Positions 9,625 through 19,370 are shown, counted from the stretch's first letter. The stretch: 64,000 nt of DNA from Rickettsiales bacterium (GCA_028223895.1 JAOIVE010000001.1:1270-65269), one strand, 5' to 3'. Notes: generated from the sequence alone by a model not told the origin. A program made the numbers and translations.

Positions 9625-11033
9625 GAATAGTTTTTATGACCGTATTATTGCTGTTTTTTATAACCGGAGTACAGGCAGCCGATATGAAAGAAGAAACCGT
9701 TAATTTTGGTTCATTCGGCGATGTGCATCTTTATTGCACCAGTGATAAACCTGACAATATGGTGCTTTTTATTTCAGGTGATGGTGGCTGGAACCTTGGT
9801 GTCATAGACATGGCAAAAGAACTCGCCTCAACCGGTGCTTTGGTTGCCGGAATTGATATAATTCATTATTTGAAAGAATTGGGACATGTTAACGGGCAAT
9901 GCTCTTATCCTGCGGCGCATTTTGAATCCTTAAGCCAGTTTTTGCAGCAGAAATATGGCTTTGAATTGTATAAATTACCTGTTCTGGTTGGGTATTCATC
10001 CGGTGCGACATTAGTTTATACAACACTGGCGCAATCACCTGATAACACATTCCAAGGCGGCATCAGTCTCGGTTTTTGTCCCGAACTATCTTTGGCCAAA
10101 CCATTGTGCAAAGGCAACGGTAGCTTAACCTTTACGATGGATAAAAAGAAAACCAATACGTATATCTTTGATGCCGTAAAACAATTGCCTGCGCCTTGGG
10201 TGGCACTACAAGGCGAAATTGATCAGGTCTGCTTTCCAGAAGCTACAAAGGCCTATGTTGAGAAAGTTGGCAACGGCAGTATAATTATGTTGCAAAAGGT
10301 GGGGCATGGTTATTCCGTGCCGAAAAACTGGATGCCGCAATTTAAAAAAGCATATGCTGATATAACCGCAAAGCCAGAAGCAATTCATGCTGATAAGCAT
10401 CCTATTGCAGAATCACTTTCCGACCTGCCTTTAGTTGAACTTCATATTACTGCTTCTGGAGATAAACTTGCAATCATCGTTACAGGCGACGGTGGCTGGG
10501 CGGGCATTGATAAATCCATAGGTGAAGAATTGAATAAAGAGGGCATAGCTGTTATTGGGTTTAATTCACTGCAATATTACTGGACACGCAAAGACCCTGA
10601 GCAATCTGCAAAGGATATGGGACGTATAATTGAGTATTATAGTAAAGCGTGGAATCGTAGTGACATCATTCTTATCGGCTATTCAAGAGGGGCAGATGTT
10701 TTACCTTTTATAGTAAACAGGCTAGATCTTGATGCTCGCACGCTGGTGAAAGAGGTAGTTTTATTAGGACAGGAAACAACTGTAGATTTTCAATTTCATG
10801 TGACCGACTGGCTAACAAGTGGGGAGCATGAAGAAGCCCGACAAGTAATGCCGGAAATGCAGAAACTAGGCAATCAGAATGTTTTATGCATTTATGGTTC
10901 TGAAGAAAAAGGTAACAGCCTTTGTACTCAACTAGATAAGAATAAATTTCGTGTCGTAGAAATGAAAGGCGGCCATCATTTTGGCGGTGATTATGAAAAA
11001 CTGTCTAAAATAATATTGGAGCATGTGAAGTGA
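9621..11033 (+). CDS. acvB: AcvB/VirJ-family lysyl-PG hydrolase
   Basis: Two alpha/beta-hydrolase halves (SGDGGW, GYSSGA; TGDGGW, GYSRGAD, GGHHF); follows mprF. Confidence 0.9.
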   Translation: MRIVFMTVLLLFFITGVQAADMKEETVNFGSFGDVHLYCTSDKPDNMVLFISGDGGWNLGVIDMAKELASTGALVAGIDIIHYLKELGHVNGQCSYPAAHFESLSQFLQQKYGFELYKLPVLVGYSSGATLVYTTLAQSPDNTFQGGISLGFCPELSLAKPLCKGNGSLTFTMDKKKTNTYIFDAVKQLPAPWVALQGEIDQVCFPEATKAYVEKVGNGSIIMLQKVGHGYSVPKNWMPQFKKAYADITAKPEAIHADKHPIAESLSDLPLVELHITASGDKLAIIVTGDGGWAGIDKSIGEELNKEGIAVIGFNSLQYYWTRKDPEQSAKDMGRIIEYYSKAWNRSDIILIGYSRGADVLPFIVNRLDLDARTLVKEVVLLGQETTVDFQFHVTDWLTSGEHEEARQVMPEMQKLGNQNVLCIYGSEEKGNSLCTQLDKNKFRVVEMKGGHHFGGDYEKLSKIILEHVK

Positions 11034-11527
11034 TCTTAAACAAACAACACAGCTTGCAACATGTAGCCGCTTTAACAATTGCGGCTCTGGCTCTCTATAT
11101 ACCTGCTAATCTCTATCCTATCATAACAATGCAATATATGGGGCTGTATAAGGAAACCACCATTTATGAAGGTGTACAGTCGCTTTTTGATGAGGGCATG
11201 TGGTTTACCGGTACCATAGTCTTCCTTGCCAGTATTGTTATACCGTTGATTAAAATATTCGGATTGCTATTTTTGGTAATAATGGCTTCCATTAAAAAGA
11301 AATACGCGCTTGTATTTAACTTTCACCGGCTTATTGATAATATAGGCCGCTGGTCAATGCTGGACGTGTTTTTACTTTCTATTATGGTCGCTCTGGTGAA
11401 ATTCGGCAGTTTTGCAACCGTAACTTCAGGCGTAGGCAGTGTTGCATTTGCCGCCGTTGTTCTGTTTACCATGCTTGCATCCATGATGTTTGACCGCAAC
11501 GTGCTGCGGGAGGGACAAAATGAGTAA
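11030..11527 (+). CDS. pqiA: Paraquat-inducible protein A family
   Basis: LYIPANLYPI, FLASIVIP, IGRWSMLDVF. Confidence 0.9.
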   Translation: MILNKQHSLQHVAALTIAALALYIPANLYPIITMQYMGLYKETTIYEGVQSLFDEGMWFTGTIVFLASIVIPLIKIFGLLFLVIMASIKKKYALVFNFHRLIDNIGRWSMLDVFLLSIMVALVKFGSFATVTSGVGSVAFAAVVLFTMLASMMFDRNVLREGQNE

Positions 11528-12362
11528 TAAGCCATATATATCACCTTTATGGATTGTCACACTGCTATCGCTTATTGCCGGTGGTTATTTAAGCTGGCAA
11601 TGGTATATCAAGCAGGGGTCAGAAATTACCATCAGTTTTACAGATGCCTCCGGGCTGGTTCCCGATCAGTCGGGTGTCTATTATAATGGAGCAAAAATTG
11701 GGAAAATAACAGATATTTCACTGACGAAAGAGAATGAAATATTGGTAACTGCCCGTATGCAGCAAATGGCAGAGCCGTTACTAAAAGATGGTGCTAAGTT
11801 TTGGATTTCCCGTCCTGAGCTTGATTTGCAAGGCATCAGAAATCTTTCCGCTATTGCATCGGGTGCAAAAGTTGAGATAAAAGCCGGAAGCGGCAGCCCA
11901 AAACAACATTTTATCGGTAGAAATAACGCGCCGTTGGAAAGTAATTTGGCATCAGGATTGCGTATTGTTTTGGAAGCTGAAAAACTAGGATCAGTCTCAA
12001 TTGGTTCTCCTGTTACTTTCCGTGATATGAAAACTGGGGAAGTTACGAATATAAATTTATCCGAGAATGCAGATTCATTACTTATTACAGCGAGGATTTA
12101 CCATAAATATGCAAATCTGATACAGGATAATACGGCTTTCTGGAATGCGGGAGGTTTGCACACGGATATACATGCGCTAGGCACATCCTATATCAATATT
12201 CCTTCGCTTGCTTCGTTATTTACCGGCAAAATATCTTTTGCCAATGAATCTAAAAGCAATCCAGCAAAAGACGGGCAGATTTTTACCTTGCTGGCAACAG
12301 AGCCTGGGAACCATAAGAACTGGAAGCCAGAATTGCCATGGCAGCAGGAAAATAGCAAATAA
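11520..12362 (+). CDS. PqiB/MlaD (MCE) family protein
   Basis: N-terminal TM helix and two MCE-like domains (KFWISRP; GSPVTFR; TAFWNAGG). Confidence 0.85.
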   Translation: MSNKPYISPLWIVTLLSLIAGGYLSWQWYIKQGSEITISFTDASGLVPDQSGVYYNGAKIGKITDISLTKENEILVTARMQQMAEPLLKDGAKFWISRPELDLQGIRNLSAIASGAKVEIKAGSGSPKQHFIGRNNAPLESNLASGLRIVLEAEKLGSVSIGSPVTFRDMKTGEVTNINLSENADSLLITARIYHKYANLIQDNTAFWNAGGLHTDIHALGTSYINIPSLASLFTGKISFANESKSNPAKDGQIFTLLATEPGNHKNWKPELPWQQENSK

Positions 12363-12370
12363 TAGAATTT

Positions 12371-12892
12371 TTACCTAAAACCCATCCACAACATAACTCC
12401 TGCCATTGCAGCCATGCCTAAATTTTCAATGATACTGACGGTACTAAGTGGAACATTAAGCGTAGTGCCGAGGCAAGCACATTTTAAGTGCTTATCGCCT
12501 GTTATAATTGATTTCATCACCCCCAAACCGCCGATAAGCATTATAATCAATGTAAGGGTATTCGTTACCACGGGCACAAATGCAGTTAGGTAAAAAAGCC
12601 CAAGCCCAAGTTCTATAAAAGGATAGGCAAGTGCATATTTATGGGAGCGTTTAGCGATCAGGTCATACATGGAAAATCCATCGGCAAAACCATGCAGGTC
12701 AATCAACTTGAACATGGCAAAATTCACCAGAAACAGCCCCATGAATGTCTCCATGAAACGGTGCATACGACTGTCCACCAGCGCCAGCGCAGCGGCAGAA
12801 AATGCTATCGTAGCGATAATGACCAATAGTGGCTTATAGCGATGTCGGAATTTTATGGCTTTATCAGTTTCATTTTTGGATTGGCTTTCCAT
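12371..12892 (-). CDS. MauE/DoxX-family membrane protein
   Basis: FKLIDLHGFADGFSMYDLIA, YPFIELGLG, CACLGT. Confidence 0.85.
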   Translation of the reverse strand: MESQSKNETDKAIKFRHRYKPLLVIIATIAFSAAALALVDSRMHRFMETFMGLFLVNFAMFKLIDLHGFADGFSMYDLIAKRSHKYALAYPFIELGLGLFYLTAFVPVVTNTLTLIIMLIGGLGVMKSIITGDKHLKCACLGTTLNVPLSTVSIIENLGMAAMAGVMLWMGFR

Positions 12893-12895
12893 ATT

Positions 12896-13249
12896 TTAGT
12901 GTGCCTTGCAACCTAGTCTACGCCGTTCTACAACGCTATAGGGTTTTGTGCATTCTGGGCTTGTTAGTGGTTTAGCGTTCTCATCTCCTGTGACACCATT
13001 GATTTTACTGATATCGCAGCCCAATCTACGTCGCTCTACCGTGCTATATGATTCTTCACATTCAGGGTCGTAATTATCATCTGAGTTTGACGCTCCAAAA
13101 TGGCTGGGACGGTTATTTTGCATTTCCCTTCGCGCATCATCGGGACTAAGTGGATAATCCCTGGCAAAACCGTTATTTGCAAGAGAGAGAACTACCACAC
13201 TAGAAAGCAGTACTGTTTTTTTAAAATTTAGAATCATTTTATTCTCCAT
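12896..13249 (-). CDS. Small secreted protein with two Cys-bounded repeats
   Basis: Signal peptide; PECEESYSTVERRRLGC and PECTKPYSVVERRRLGC. Confidence 0.7.
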   Translation of the reverse strand: MENKMILNFKKTVLLSSVVVLSLANNGFARDYPLSPDDARREMQNNRPSHFGASNSDDNYDPECEESYSTVERRRLGCDISKINGVTGDENAKPLTSPECTKPYSVVERRRLGCKAH

Positions 13250-13271
13250 TATAAGAGCTTAGTAATAAACA

Positions 13272-13937
13272 TCATTCAACTGAATTGATCTGCTCCTGCA
13301 ATGTTACAAGTCTCTTTTTAAATTTTCTTATCAATCCATCCAAAATATCAAACGATGATTTCACATCTGCTTTTTCGCCCTTTGTCATCTTGCGTGCATT
13401 GTCACGTATTACATTTAAATTGTTATAATCATCTTTACCTATTTTTTCTTGAACCCAGCTATAGGCGTGGCGGATATTATTTGCCGAAGCCAAGAGTGCT
13501 TCTCCTGCAAATATTTTTTTGTTCTCTTTCCAGTAATATCTGGCAAACATATTTTGCTCGTGAGCAAGGCGAATTAACGCCTCAGCAAATGTATAATCCA
13601 TATCGGCTATGGTATAATACTCACCATTTTCTATGCTTGTTGCCATATCATTAAGGTTATCATACGACTCAAGAATATCTTTTCGTGAGTTACCAGTTAC
13701 TTTTTCTGCTTCATTAGCAAGAAAACGTGCCCCTCTTCTTATTTCATCTGCAGCAGCCTTGTTATAGCTATATAAATAATCCAGCCGCGCCTGATAGAAA
13801 TAATCATTCGGCTCTGCATAGTAGGAAACGAAGTACTCCTTAATGATAACGTCCTCCACAGGTTCTGCCTTAGCCAAGTTGCCTTGCAGAGTCATTCCAA
13901 GTATTATAGTGCCAGAAGCTAATAAAAGTTTTTTCAT
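13272..13937 (-). CDS. Secreted helical protein; paralog of 5569-6225
   Basis: Signal peptide; end-to-end similarity to 5569-6225. Confidence 0.7.
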   Translation of the reverse strand: MKKLLLASGTIILGMTLQGNLAKAEPVEDVIIKEYFVSYYAEPNDYFYQARLDYLYSYNKAAADEIRRGARFLANEAEKVTGNSRKDILESYDNLNDMATSIENGEYYTIADMDYTFAEALIRLAHEQNMFARYYWKENKKIFAGEALLASANNIRHAYSWVQEKIGKDDYNNLNVIRDNARKMTKGEKADVKSSFDILDGLIRKFKKRLVTLQEQINSVE

Positions 13938-13954
13938 TTTCTTTGCCCTTTTTA

Positions 13955-14851
13955 TTATTTTTTAAACCAACCTTTTACTTTATTTCCCCATTCAGAAAGC
14001 TCTTCATCCGCTTTTTGCAAAAGAGTTGGGTCTTTTTTCTTTAACTCCTCTTCCAGCATGCTAATTTTTTTATCCATATCATTGACATTTTCAGCGCCTT
14101 CTTTTCTTTTTTCCAAATCTTTCTTATAGGTTTTCAGGCCTTTGCGAGCATGGTTCAGGGCAAAACGTGCACTATCATAATATTTATGGTTAAGTAGATT
14201 TTGTGCTAAAGAAAGATTGTCCTGAATTGAAAATAATGGATCTTCTATTATTTCTTCATCGGTAAGTGCGCCTTTATAAACATCGGCTAATGAAATCATG
14301 GCTTCGTCATAACGTTCATTTTCTGCATCATCCAAAGCCTCAGAAAGCGCGTTCTTCACTTCTCTTATATCTATAGCTATTTTTGCATGCACCAGTTCAG
14401 CATCTGTTTCTTCAATATCAACTTCACCAGAACGCTTTAAAATATCCTCAAAATCATGCACGGCAAAAACGCCGTTCAATACTGGAATATAATAGTTCTT
14501 ACTCTTGCCTTTATATTCATACGATAATTTCCCGTATTTTACTTTTGTGTCAGAAGTGATGGAAGGTGAATCAACTTCCAATTGGTTAGCAATTTTTTGT
14601 GCCGCCTTAATATGCTCTACCGCTGAATCCATAAGTTCTAAGTCAGATGCTACATAAGCCATATTCACATGTGCCAACATCGTATTCGCCTGTTTTAATG
14701 TTTCACGGTATTTCTGCACAACCGGGTGAACCGCTGATGTTTTATAGGTGGGATCAGATTGTGTGGCTTTATCTTTTGCCGCAAAAGCAGGTTGCATTAC
14801 CAGTGATCCGGCAAGGATGGTTGTTAAGGTAAGCAATTTTAAAGTTTTCAC
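13955..14851 (-). CDS. Secreted YfdX-like protein
   Basis: GTG start, signal peptide; PLFSIQDNLSLAQNLL...ARFALNHA helical pattern. Confidence 0.6.
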   Translation of the reverse strand: MKTLKLLTLTTILAGSLVMQPAFAAKDKATQSDPTYKTSAVHPVVQKYRETLKQANTMLAHVNMAYVASDLELMDSAVEHIKAAQKIANQLEVDSPSITSDTKVKYGKLSYEYKGKSKNYYIPVLNGVFAVHDFEDILKRSGEVDIEETDAELVHAKIAIDIREVKNALSEALDDAENERYDEAMISLADVYKGALTDEEIIEDPLFSIQDNLSLAQNLLNHKYYDSARFALNHARKGLKTYKKDLEKRKEGAENVNDMDKKISMLEEELKKKDPTLLQKADEELSEWGNKVKGWFKK

Positions 14852-14915
14852 AGGCTTTCTCCCTATATTGATGTAAGTACAGACTACACTTTAAACAACA
14901 AAATCAATAGATGGA

Positions 14916-14929
14916 TTGATATGTATCAA
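14916..14929. promoter_or_regulatory. FNR/FixK-type box TTGATATGTATCAA
   Basis: Perfect match between divergent genes. Confidence 0.85.
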
Positions 14930-15016
14930 ATGCTTATGTGATATCTCCATCTAGTCTAAAGTCTTGCATACTTCTTCTTAGTATTAATCAACTTAATCTT
15001 AACTATGGAGAATTTT

Positions 15017-15547
15017 ATGAAAACATTGAACGCTCTTGTAGCTACTACGATTCTAACAGGTATAGTTTCCATGCAATCGGTTATGGCAGCAGATCCTAAC
15101 ACAAACACGCCAGTGCAAGTGCCTGTACAGGTACTTCAAAATGTTATTCCAAAACCTGAGACTCCACATCATAATATGATGATGAGTGATGCTAAAAGAA
15201 TGGTAAATGGCATTAAAACATACTCATTTGAGAAAAAAGATGCAGCAGTAAAGACCATCAAAGAAGCTCTGGCGGATATTGACTCCCGTATTACCAAGGT
15301 CGAAAACGAGATCGATGAAAAAAAGGTAAAATGGGATAAGAAAATGGCAAGTGAAAAAGTCTCTGGACTTGCTTCATTGAAAAAAGAAAGGGACGGGATA
15401 GATAGTAAGTATGAGATTCTAAAAAAATCTACAAAAAATGAATGGGATGCGGCCAAGAACGATTTAGTTTCAGGATATAATAAGCTTGAAGATAGTTTGG
15501 AAAAATTAAAAATGAGAAAAACTACAAATAAGAAAAAGGGTAAATAG
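15017..15547 (+). CDS. Secreted coiled-coil protein
   Basis: GGAG RBS, signal peptide, Lys/Glu-rich helices. Confidence 0.7.
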   Translation: MKTLNALVATTILTGIVSMQSVMAADPNTNTPVQVPVQVLQNVIPKPETPHHNMMMSDAKRMVNGIKTYSFEKKDAAVKTIKEALADIDSRITKVENEIDEKKVKWDKKMASEKVSGLASLKKERDGIDSKYEILKKSTKNEWDAAKNDLVSGYNKLEDSLEKLKMRKTTNKKKGK

Positions 15548-15550
15548 TTA

Positions 15551-18076
15551 ATGCCAGCTTTGGATTTGCCGTTTTGGAATACTCCGCTTTCCAAACTATT
15601 GCTTGAGTTTGGAGCAAGTAAGGAAAGCGGCCTTTCCGTTGAGGATGCCACAAAACGCCTTAAGAAGTATGGTAGAAATATTACCAACGATATAAGCCGA
15701 AAATCTCTTGCACTCCAATTTTTGCTACGCTTCCGTAATCCACTCATTATTTTATTGTTAGTGGCAAGCGCTCTTTCTGCGTTGACAGGAGATGTTGCCA
15801 GTTTTGTCATTATAATGTCCATGGTGGCGCTTAGTATCACTATTGATTTTGTTCAGGAGGTGCGGGCTGGAAAAACTGTAGATGCATTACGTTTTTCTGT
15901 CACATTGAAAGCTAATGTTCTACGCGATGGACAAGAAGTATCGCTGCTTATCGGCGATATTGTACCTGGTGATATTATACTGCTATCGCCAGGTATGCTG
16001 ATTCCTGCTGATGGGCGTTTAATTTCCGCCAAAGACCTTTATGTTAACCAGTCCATTCTAACGGGAGAATCGTTTCCTGCTGAAAAAACGGTCAAAGATC
16101 CTCCATCACCGTTACAAAATATAAATGAGGCGGTAAACGCAGTTTTTATGGGAACCTCTGTTATCAGTGGTACGGGAGTCATGCTTATAGTCGACACCGG
16201 AAAAAACACGCAAGTAGGAGCCATGTCAAAAAGTTTAGCACAAACTTCACCACCTACTGAATTTGAACGAGGTGTTGAGCGTTTTGGCATGCTTATTATG
16301 CGCATTACGGTAGTCATGGTCCTTTTTGTGCTTCTTATTAACCTTGCTTTTCACAGGCCATTATTAGAATCCTTTCTGTTTGCACTAGCACTAGCAGTGG
16401 GATTAACTCCTGAACTACTGCCCATGATTATGACAATAACTTTCTCACGCGGTGCTATGCGAATGGCTGAGCAGAAGGTTATTATTAAGCACCTTCCTTC
16501 CATGCATAATCTGGGTGCGATGAATATATTATGCACCGATAAAACCGGCACCTTAACCGAAGCTAATATTCATCTTGTAAGCGCAATGGATACTAAGTGG
16601 TTGGAAAGTTCTCGTGTTTTTGAACTAGCCTATATAAACAGCACATTTGAATCCGGAATTAAATCTCCACTCGATAACGCCATATTAGAACATGCAAAAC
16701 CGGATATCAGCGCATGGAAAAAGATTGATGAAGTGCCGTTTGATTTCGAAAGGAGGCGTGTATCAGTGCTGGCCGAGCGTGAAGGACAAAAATTTCTTAT
16801 TGTAAAGGGTGCGCCAGAGGATATTCTTAAATGCTCAACTCATTATGAGGCAGATAATCATAAAATTATGTCGCTTGATAAGAATGCGCTTGAACAATTT
16901 CAGAATAAATTTGAAGAATTTGGTGAGCAGGGGCAGAGGGTTTTGGGGCTGGCCATTCGTACGGAGGATGCAAGCTGCACCAGTGTTATAGTGACAGATG
17001 AGACTGAATTAACCTTCATCGGGTTTCTTACTTTTCTTGACCCTCCCAAATTTGAAGCCGCAGATGCCATGCGAAAGCTCAAAGCAGACGGCATTCACGT
17101 TAAAATTATCACAGGAGACAATGAGCGCGTAACTGCGCATCTTTGTACGATGCTTGGTCTTGATACGGGAGAAATTCTTACCGGAGATATAATGTCACTA
17201 CTAAGTGACGATGCTTTATTGGCAAGGGTAGATAGGACTATGGCCTTTTGCCGCGTGACGCCACAACAAAAAAGCCGCATCATTAGTACGCTCAGGCATC
17301 GCGGACATATTGTAGGATTTTTAGGGGACGGTATCAATGATGCTGTAGCTATGCATAATTCTGATGTGGGCATTTCGGTTGATAGTGCTACCGATGTTGC
17401 CAAGGAAGCAGCCGACATAATTTTACTGGAGCGTGATTTGTCTGTGATTCATAAAGGTGTAATCGAAGGTAGGCGTGCTGTTAGCAATACAGAAAAATAT
17501 ATTCTCATGGGATCAAGCTCTAATTTTGGTAATATGTTGAGCATGTCGGCGGGTGCGTTCTTGCTCCCATTTCTACCTATGTTGCCGGTGCAGATTCTGC
17601 TCAATAACCTACTTTACGATATTTCACAAACAGCACTGCCATTCGACCGTGTAGACAAGGAAACGCTTTCAAAACCTACACATTGGGACATGAAACGCAT
17701 TAAACGTTTCATGTGGATATTCGGCCCAGCGAATTCAGTATTTGACCTGCTGACTTTTTATGTTCTGCTTAAGTTGTTCCATGCCAGCGAAACGTTATTT
17801 CACTCGGGGTGGTTTGTAGAGTCGCTGGTGACACAAGTGCTGATTATTTTTGCTATTCGTACACGTATGCCGATGTGGCGTTCTATAGCGAATCCTATAG
17901 TTGTTTTTATGGCTCTAAGCATTGCAGGCATTGCGGTGCTGTTACCTTATACCACTGTCGGTACATGGTTTGGTCTCTCGCCGCTACCGCCAATATTCTT
18001 TGGCTTCCTGATAGTTGTATTGCTTGCTTATTTTGCATTGGTAGAATTGATTAAAAAAATATTTTTCAAGCAGTGA
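15551..18076 (+). CDS. mgtA: Mg2+-translocating P-type ATPase
   Basis: LTGES, VGLTPELLP, CTDKTGTLT, PFDFERRR, GDGIND, SSNFGNM. Confidence 0.92.
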   Translation: MPALDLPFWNTPLSKLLLEFGASKESGLSVEDATKRLKKYGRNITNDISRKSLALQFLLRFRNPLIILLLVASALSALTGDVASFVIIMSMVALSITIDFVQEVRAGKTVDALRFSVTLKANVLRDGQEVSLLIGDIVPGDIILLSPGMLIPADGRLISAKDLYVNQSILTGESFPAEKTVKDPPSPLQNINEAVNAVFMGTSVISGTGVMLIVDTGKNTQVGAMSKSLAQTSPPTEFERGVERFGMLIMRITVVMVLFVLLINLAFHRPLLESFLFALALAVGLTPELLPMIMTITFSRGAMRMAEQKVIIKHLPSMHNLGAMNILCTDKTGTLTEANIHLVSAMDTKWLESSRVFELAYINSTFESGIKSPLDNAILEHAKPDISAWKKIDEVPFDFERRRVSVLAEREGQKFLIVKGAPEDILKCSTHYEADNHKIMSLDKNALEQFQNKFEEFGEQGQRVLGLAIRTEDASCTSVIVTDETELTFIGFLTFLDPPKFEAADAMRKLKADGIHVKIITGDNERVTAHLCTMLGLDTGEILTGDIMSLLSDDALLARVDRTMAFCRVTPQQKSRIISTLRHRGHIVGFLGDGINDAVAMHNSDVGISVDSATDVAKEAADIILLERDLSVIHKGVIEGRRAVSNTEKYILMGSSSNFGNMLSMSAGAFLLPFLPMLPVQILLNNLLYDISQTALPFDRVDKETLSKPTHWDMKRIKRFMWIFGPANSVFDLLTFYVLLKLFHASETLFHSGWFVESLVTQVLIIFAIRTRMPMWRSIANPIVVFMALSIAGIAVLLPYTTVGTWFGLSPLPPIFFGFLIVVLLAYFALVELIKKIFFKQ

Positions 18077-18079
18077 GAA

Positions 18080-18397
18080 TTAATCATTACGGTGATTTTT
18101 ATTTCGATCTTCTTTTTCCTTCCTGACTTTGCTTTCATCATCCATAATTTTGGCAGATGCTGCACCACTACGGTAATGTGAAGAAACATTTTCTATAAAT
18201 TCTTCCGTACTTCCACCGATGCCTTTACCAGATAATATTTCAAGCAATTCCGCTAGAGTCATGTCAGTATTGATTGCCTCTGATATAATCCCCCTTAATC
18301 GGCTATGCAACTCTTCCGGATCAGCAGAATTTTCTAGCGCCTGAGCATAGTTTTTTATCATTGTATTGAACCGATCGTATTTCTGTTTTTTTGACAT
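18080..18397 (-). CDS. Hypothetical protein (module gene A, copy 1)
   Basis: ADPEELHSRL motif shared with 53447-53758. Confidence 0.8.
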   Translation of the reverse strand: MSKKQKYDRFNTMIKNYAQALENSADPEELHSRLRGIISEAINTDMTLAELLEILSGKGIGGSTEEFIENVSSHYRSGAASAKIMDDESKVRKEKEDRNKNHRND

Positions 18398-18457
18398 TTC
18401 AATCCCCATGTGACTGAATTACTTATGACATTATAATAAAAATTAAAAAGTAGTCGT

Positions 18458-18471
18458 TTGATCGCAGTCAA
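18458..18471. promoter_or_regulatory. FNR/FixK-type box TTGATCGCAGTCAA
   Basis: Position-equivalent to the box at 53817. Confidence 0.85.
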
Positions 18472-18556
18472 ACTATCGGCAAATCATTTTCTTTATTATG
18501 TCAGTTATTGGAAGCATTGTTGCTTTTATCAAAAAGCTAATTAAAAGGATAGAATC

Positions 18557-18730
18557 ATGACATTTTTTGAAAAAAAATCATCTGCCAGCTCAAAACATGA
18601 GCAAGAAAAAGATAAAAAAGCACAGCCTAGTAAAAAAAAGAACAAGGGTGAGTCGTGTGAAACTGGTTCTAAAAAGGGGAATAAAGATAGCTGTGGAACG
18701 TCTCCTAAAAAAGGAGACACTTGCAACTAA
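18557..18730 (+). CDS. Unannotated 57-aa Lys-rich peptide ending SCGTSPKKGDTCN (copy 1)
   Basis: AAGGA RBS; last 13 aa identical to 53916-54107; followed by a hairpin. Confidence 0.8.
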   Translation: MTFFEKKSSASSKHEQEKDKKAQPSKKKNKGESCETGSKKGNKDSCGTSPKKGDTCN

Positions 18731-18742
18731 TCAGTTGGAATT

Positions 18743-18775
18743 AAGCGGCACCCGATTTTGCATTAGGTGCCGCTT
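18743..18775. terminator. Hairpin terminator between convergent small genes
   Basis: AAGCGGCACC...GGTGCCGCTT. Confidence 0.7.
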
Positions 18776-18778
18776 CCT

Positions 18779-19045
18779 TTATTTGACATCATTATTCTCT
18801 TTGCATTCGCAAGGATCAGATTGGCATTTTTTGCAAACACCCTTGCTGCATCCGCAGTATTTTCTTGCCGGTATAATAGCTGCTACAATTGCAATTATTC
18901 CATACCAGTACCAATCAAGATTGAGCAATGGTGGCCATAGCTTGGCAACCATCAAAACAAATGCTGCTGTACTCAGTTTTATGAGAGAAATATCATAACA
19001 TTGATATCTGTTTACTATCTTATTTTTGCATTTTTCTGGATTCAT
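18779..19045 (-). CDS. Small 2-TM protein with metallothionein-like Cys-rich tail
   Basis: Two hydrophobic helices, then CGCSKGVCKKCQSDPCEC. Confidence 0.7.
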   Translation of the reverse strand: MNPEKCKNKIVNRYQCYDISLIKLSTAAFVLMVAKLWPPLLNLDWYWYGIIAIVAAIIPARKYCGCSKGVCKKCQSDPCECKENNDVK

Positions 19046-19054
19046 AATATCATC

Positions 19055-19228
19055 CTAATCTGTGGCTAAGTTACAGCAATGTTGTTCTTTCTGTGATAGC
19101 TCTAGCATTTTGTACTCAGCAATTTTTTCTGTTTTAAGAGTAGGTGTTTTAGTATTTATCTTGATTGCTGGCACAATAACAGCATCAGTTGACTTATATT
19201 CCTTTGAGAACACTGTGTTGTTATACAT
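19055..19228 (-). CDS. 57-aa peptide ending CCNLATD (copy 1), divergent from the Crp/Fnr gene
   Basis: GGAG RBS; same C-terminal heptapeptide as 54370-54528. Confidence 0.75.
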   Translation of the reverse strand: MYNNTVFSKEYKSTDAVIVPAIKINTKTPTLKTEKIAEYKMLELSQKEQHCCNLATD

Positions 19229-19274
19229 ATCCATCTCCACCAAAGGTTGAACATAATCACAATTTACATATACA

Positions 19275-19316
19275 TGTATCGTGTACCGTGTATCGTGTAT
19301 CGTGTATCGTGTATCA
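19275..19316. repeat. Heptanucleotide tandem repeat (TGTATCG)x6, two units imperfect
   Basis: TGTATCG TGTACCG TGTATCG TGTATCG TGTATCG TGTATCA. Confidence 0.9.
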
Positions 19317-19343
19317 GATTATACGTGGTTATGTAATCACGCG

Positions 19344-19357
19344 TTGACAGGTATCAA
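19344..19357. promoter_or_regulatory. FNR/FixK-type box TTGACAGGTATCAA next to the regulator RBS
   Basis: 13 bp before ATG 19371; equivalent to the box at 54601. Confidence 0.85.
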
Positions 19358-19370
19358 GCAGGAGACCGAT

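Noticed and set aside
18567-18998. 143-aa plus-strand ORF
   Set aside because: Out-of-frame overlap with the conserved Lys-rich peptide, runs through a terminator and is antisense to 18779-19045
18557-19228. Cys micropeptides as a RiPP biosynthetic cluster
   Set aside because: No radical SAM, YcaO, lanthipeptide or other modifying enzyme or peptide exporter is present in the window
191-19316. CRISPR array (repeats at 191-324 and 19275-19316)
   Set aside because: Repeats are too short, have no regular 30-40 bp unique spacers, and no cas genes are present
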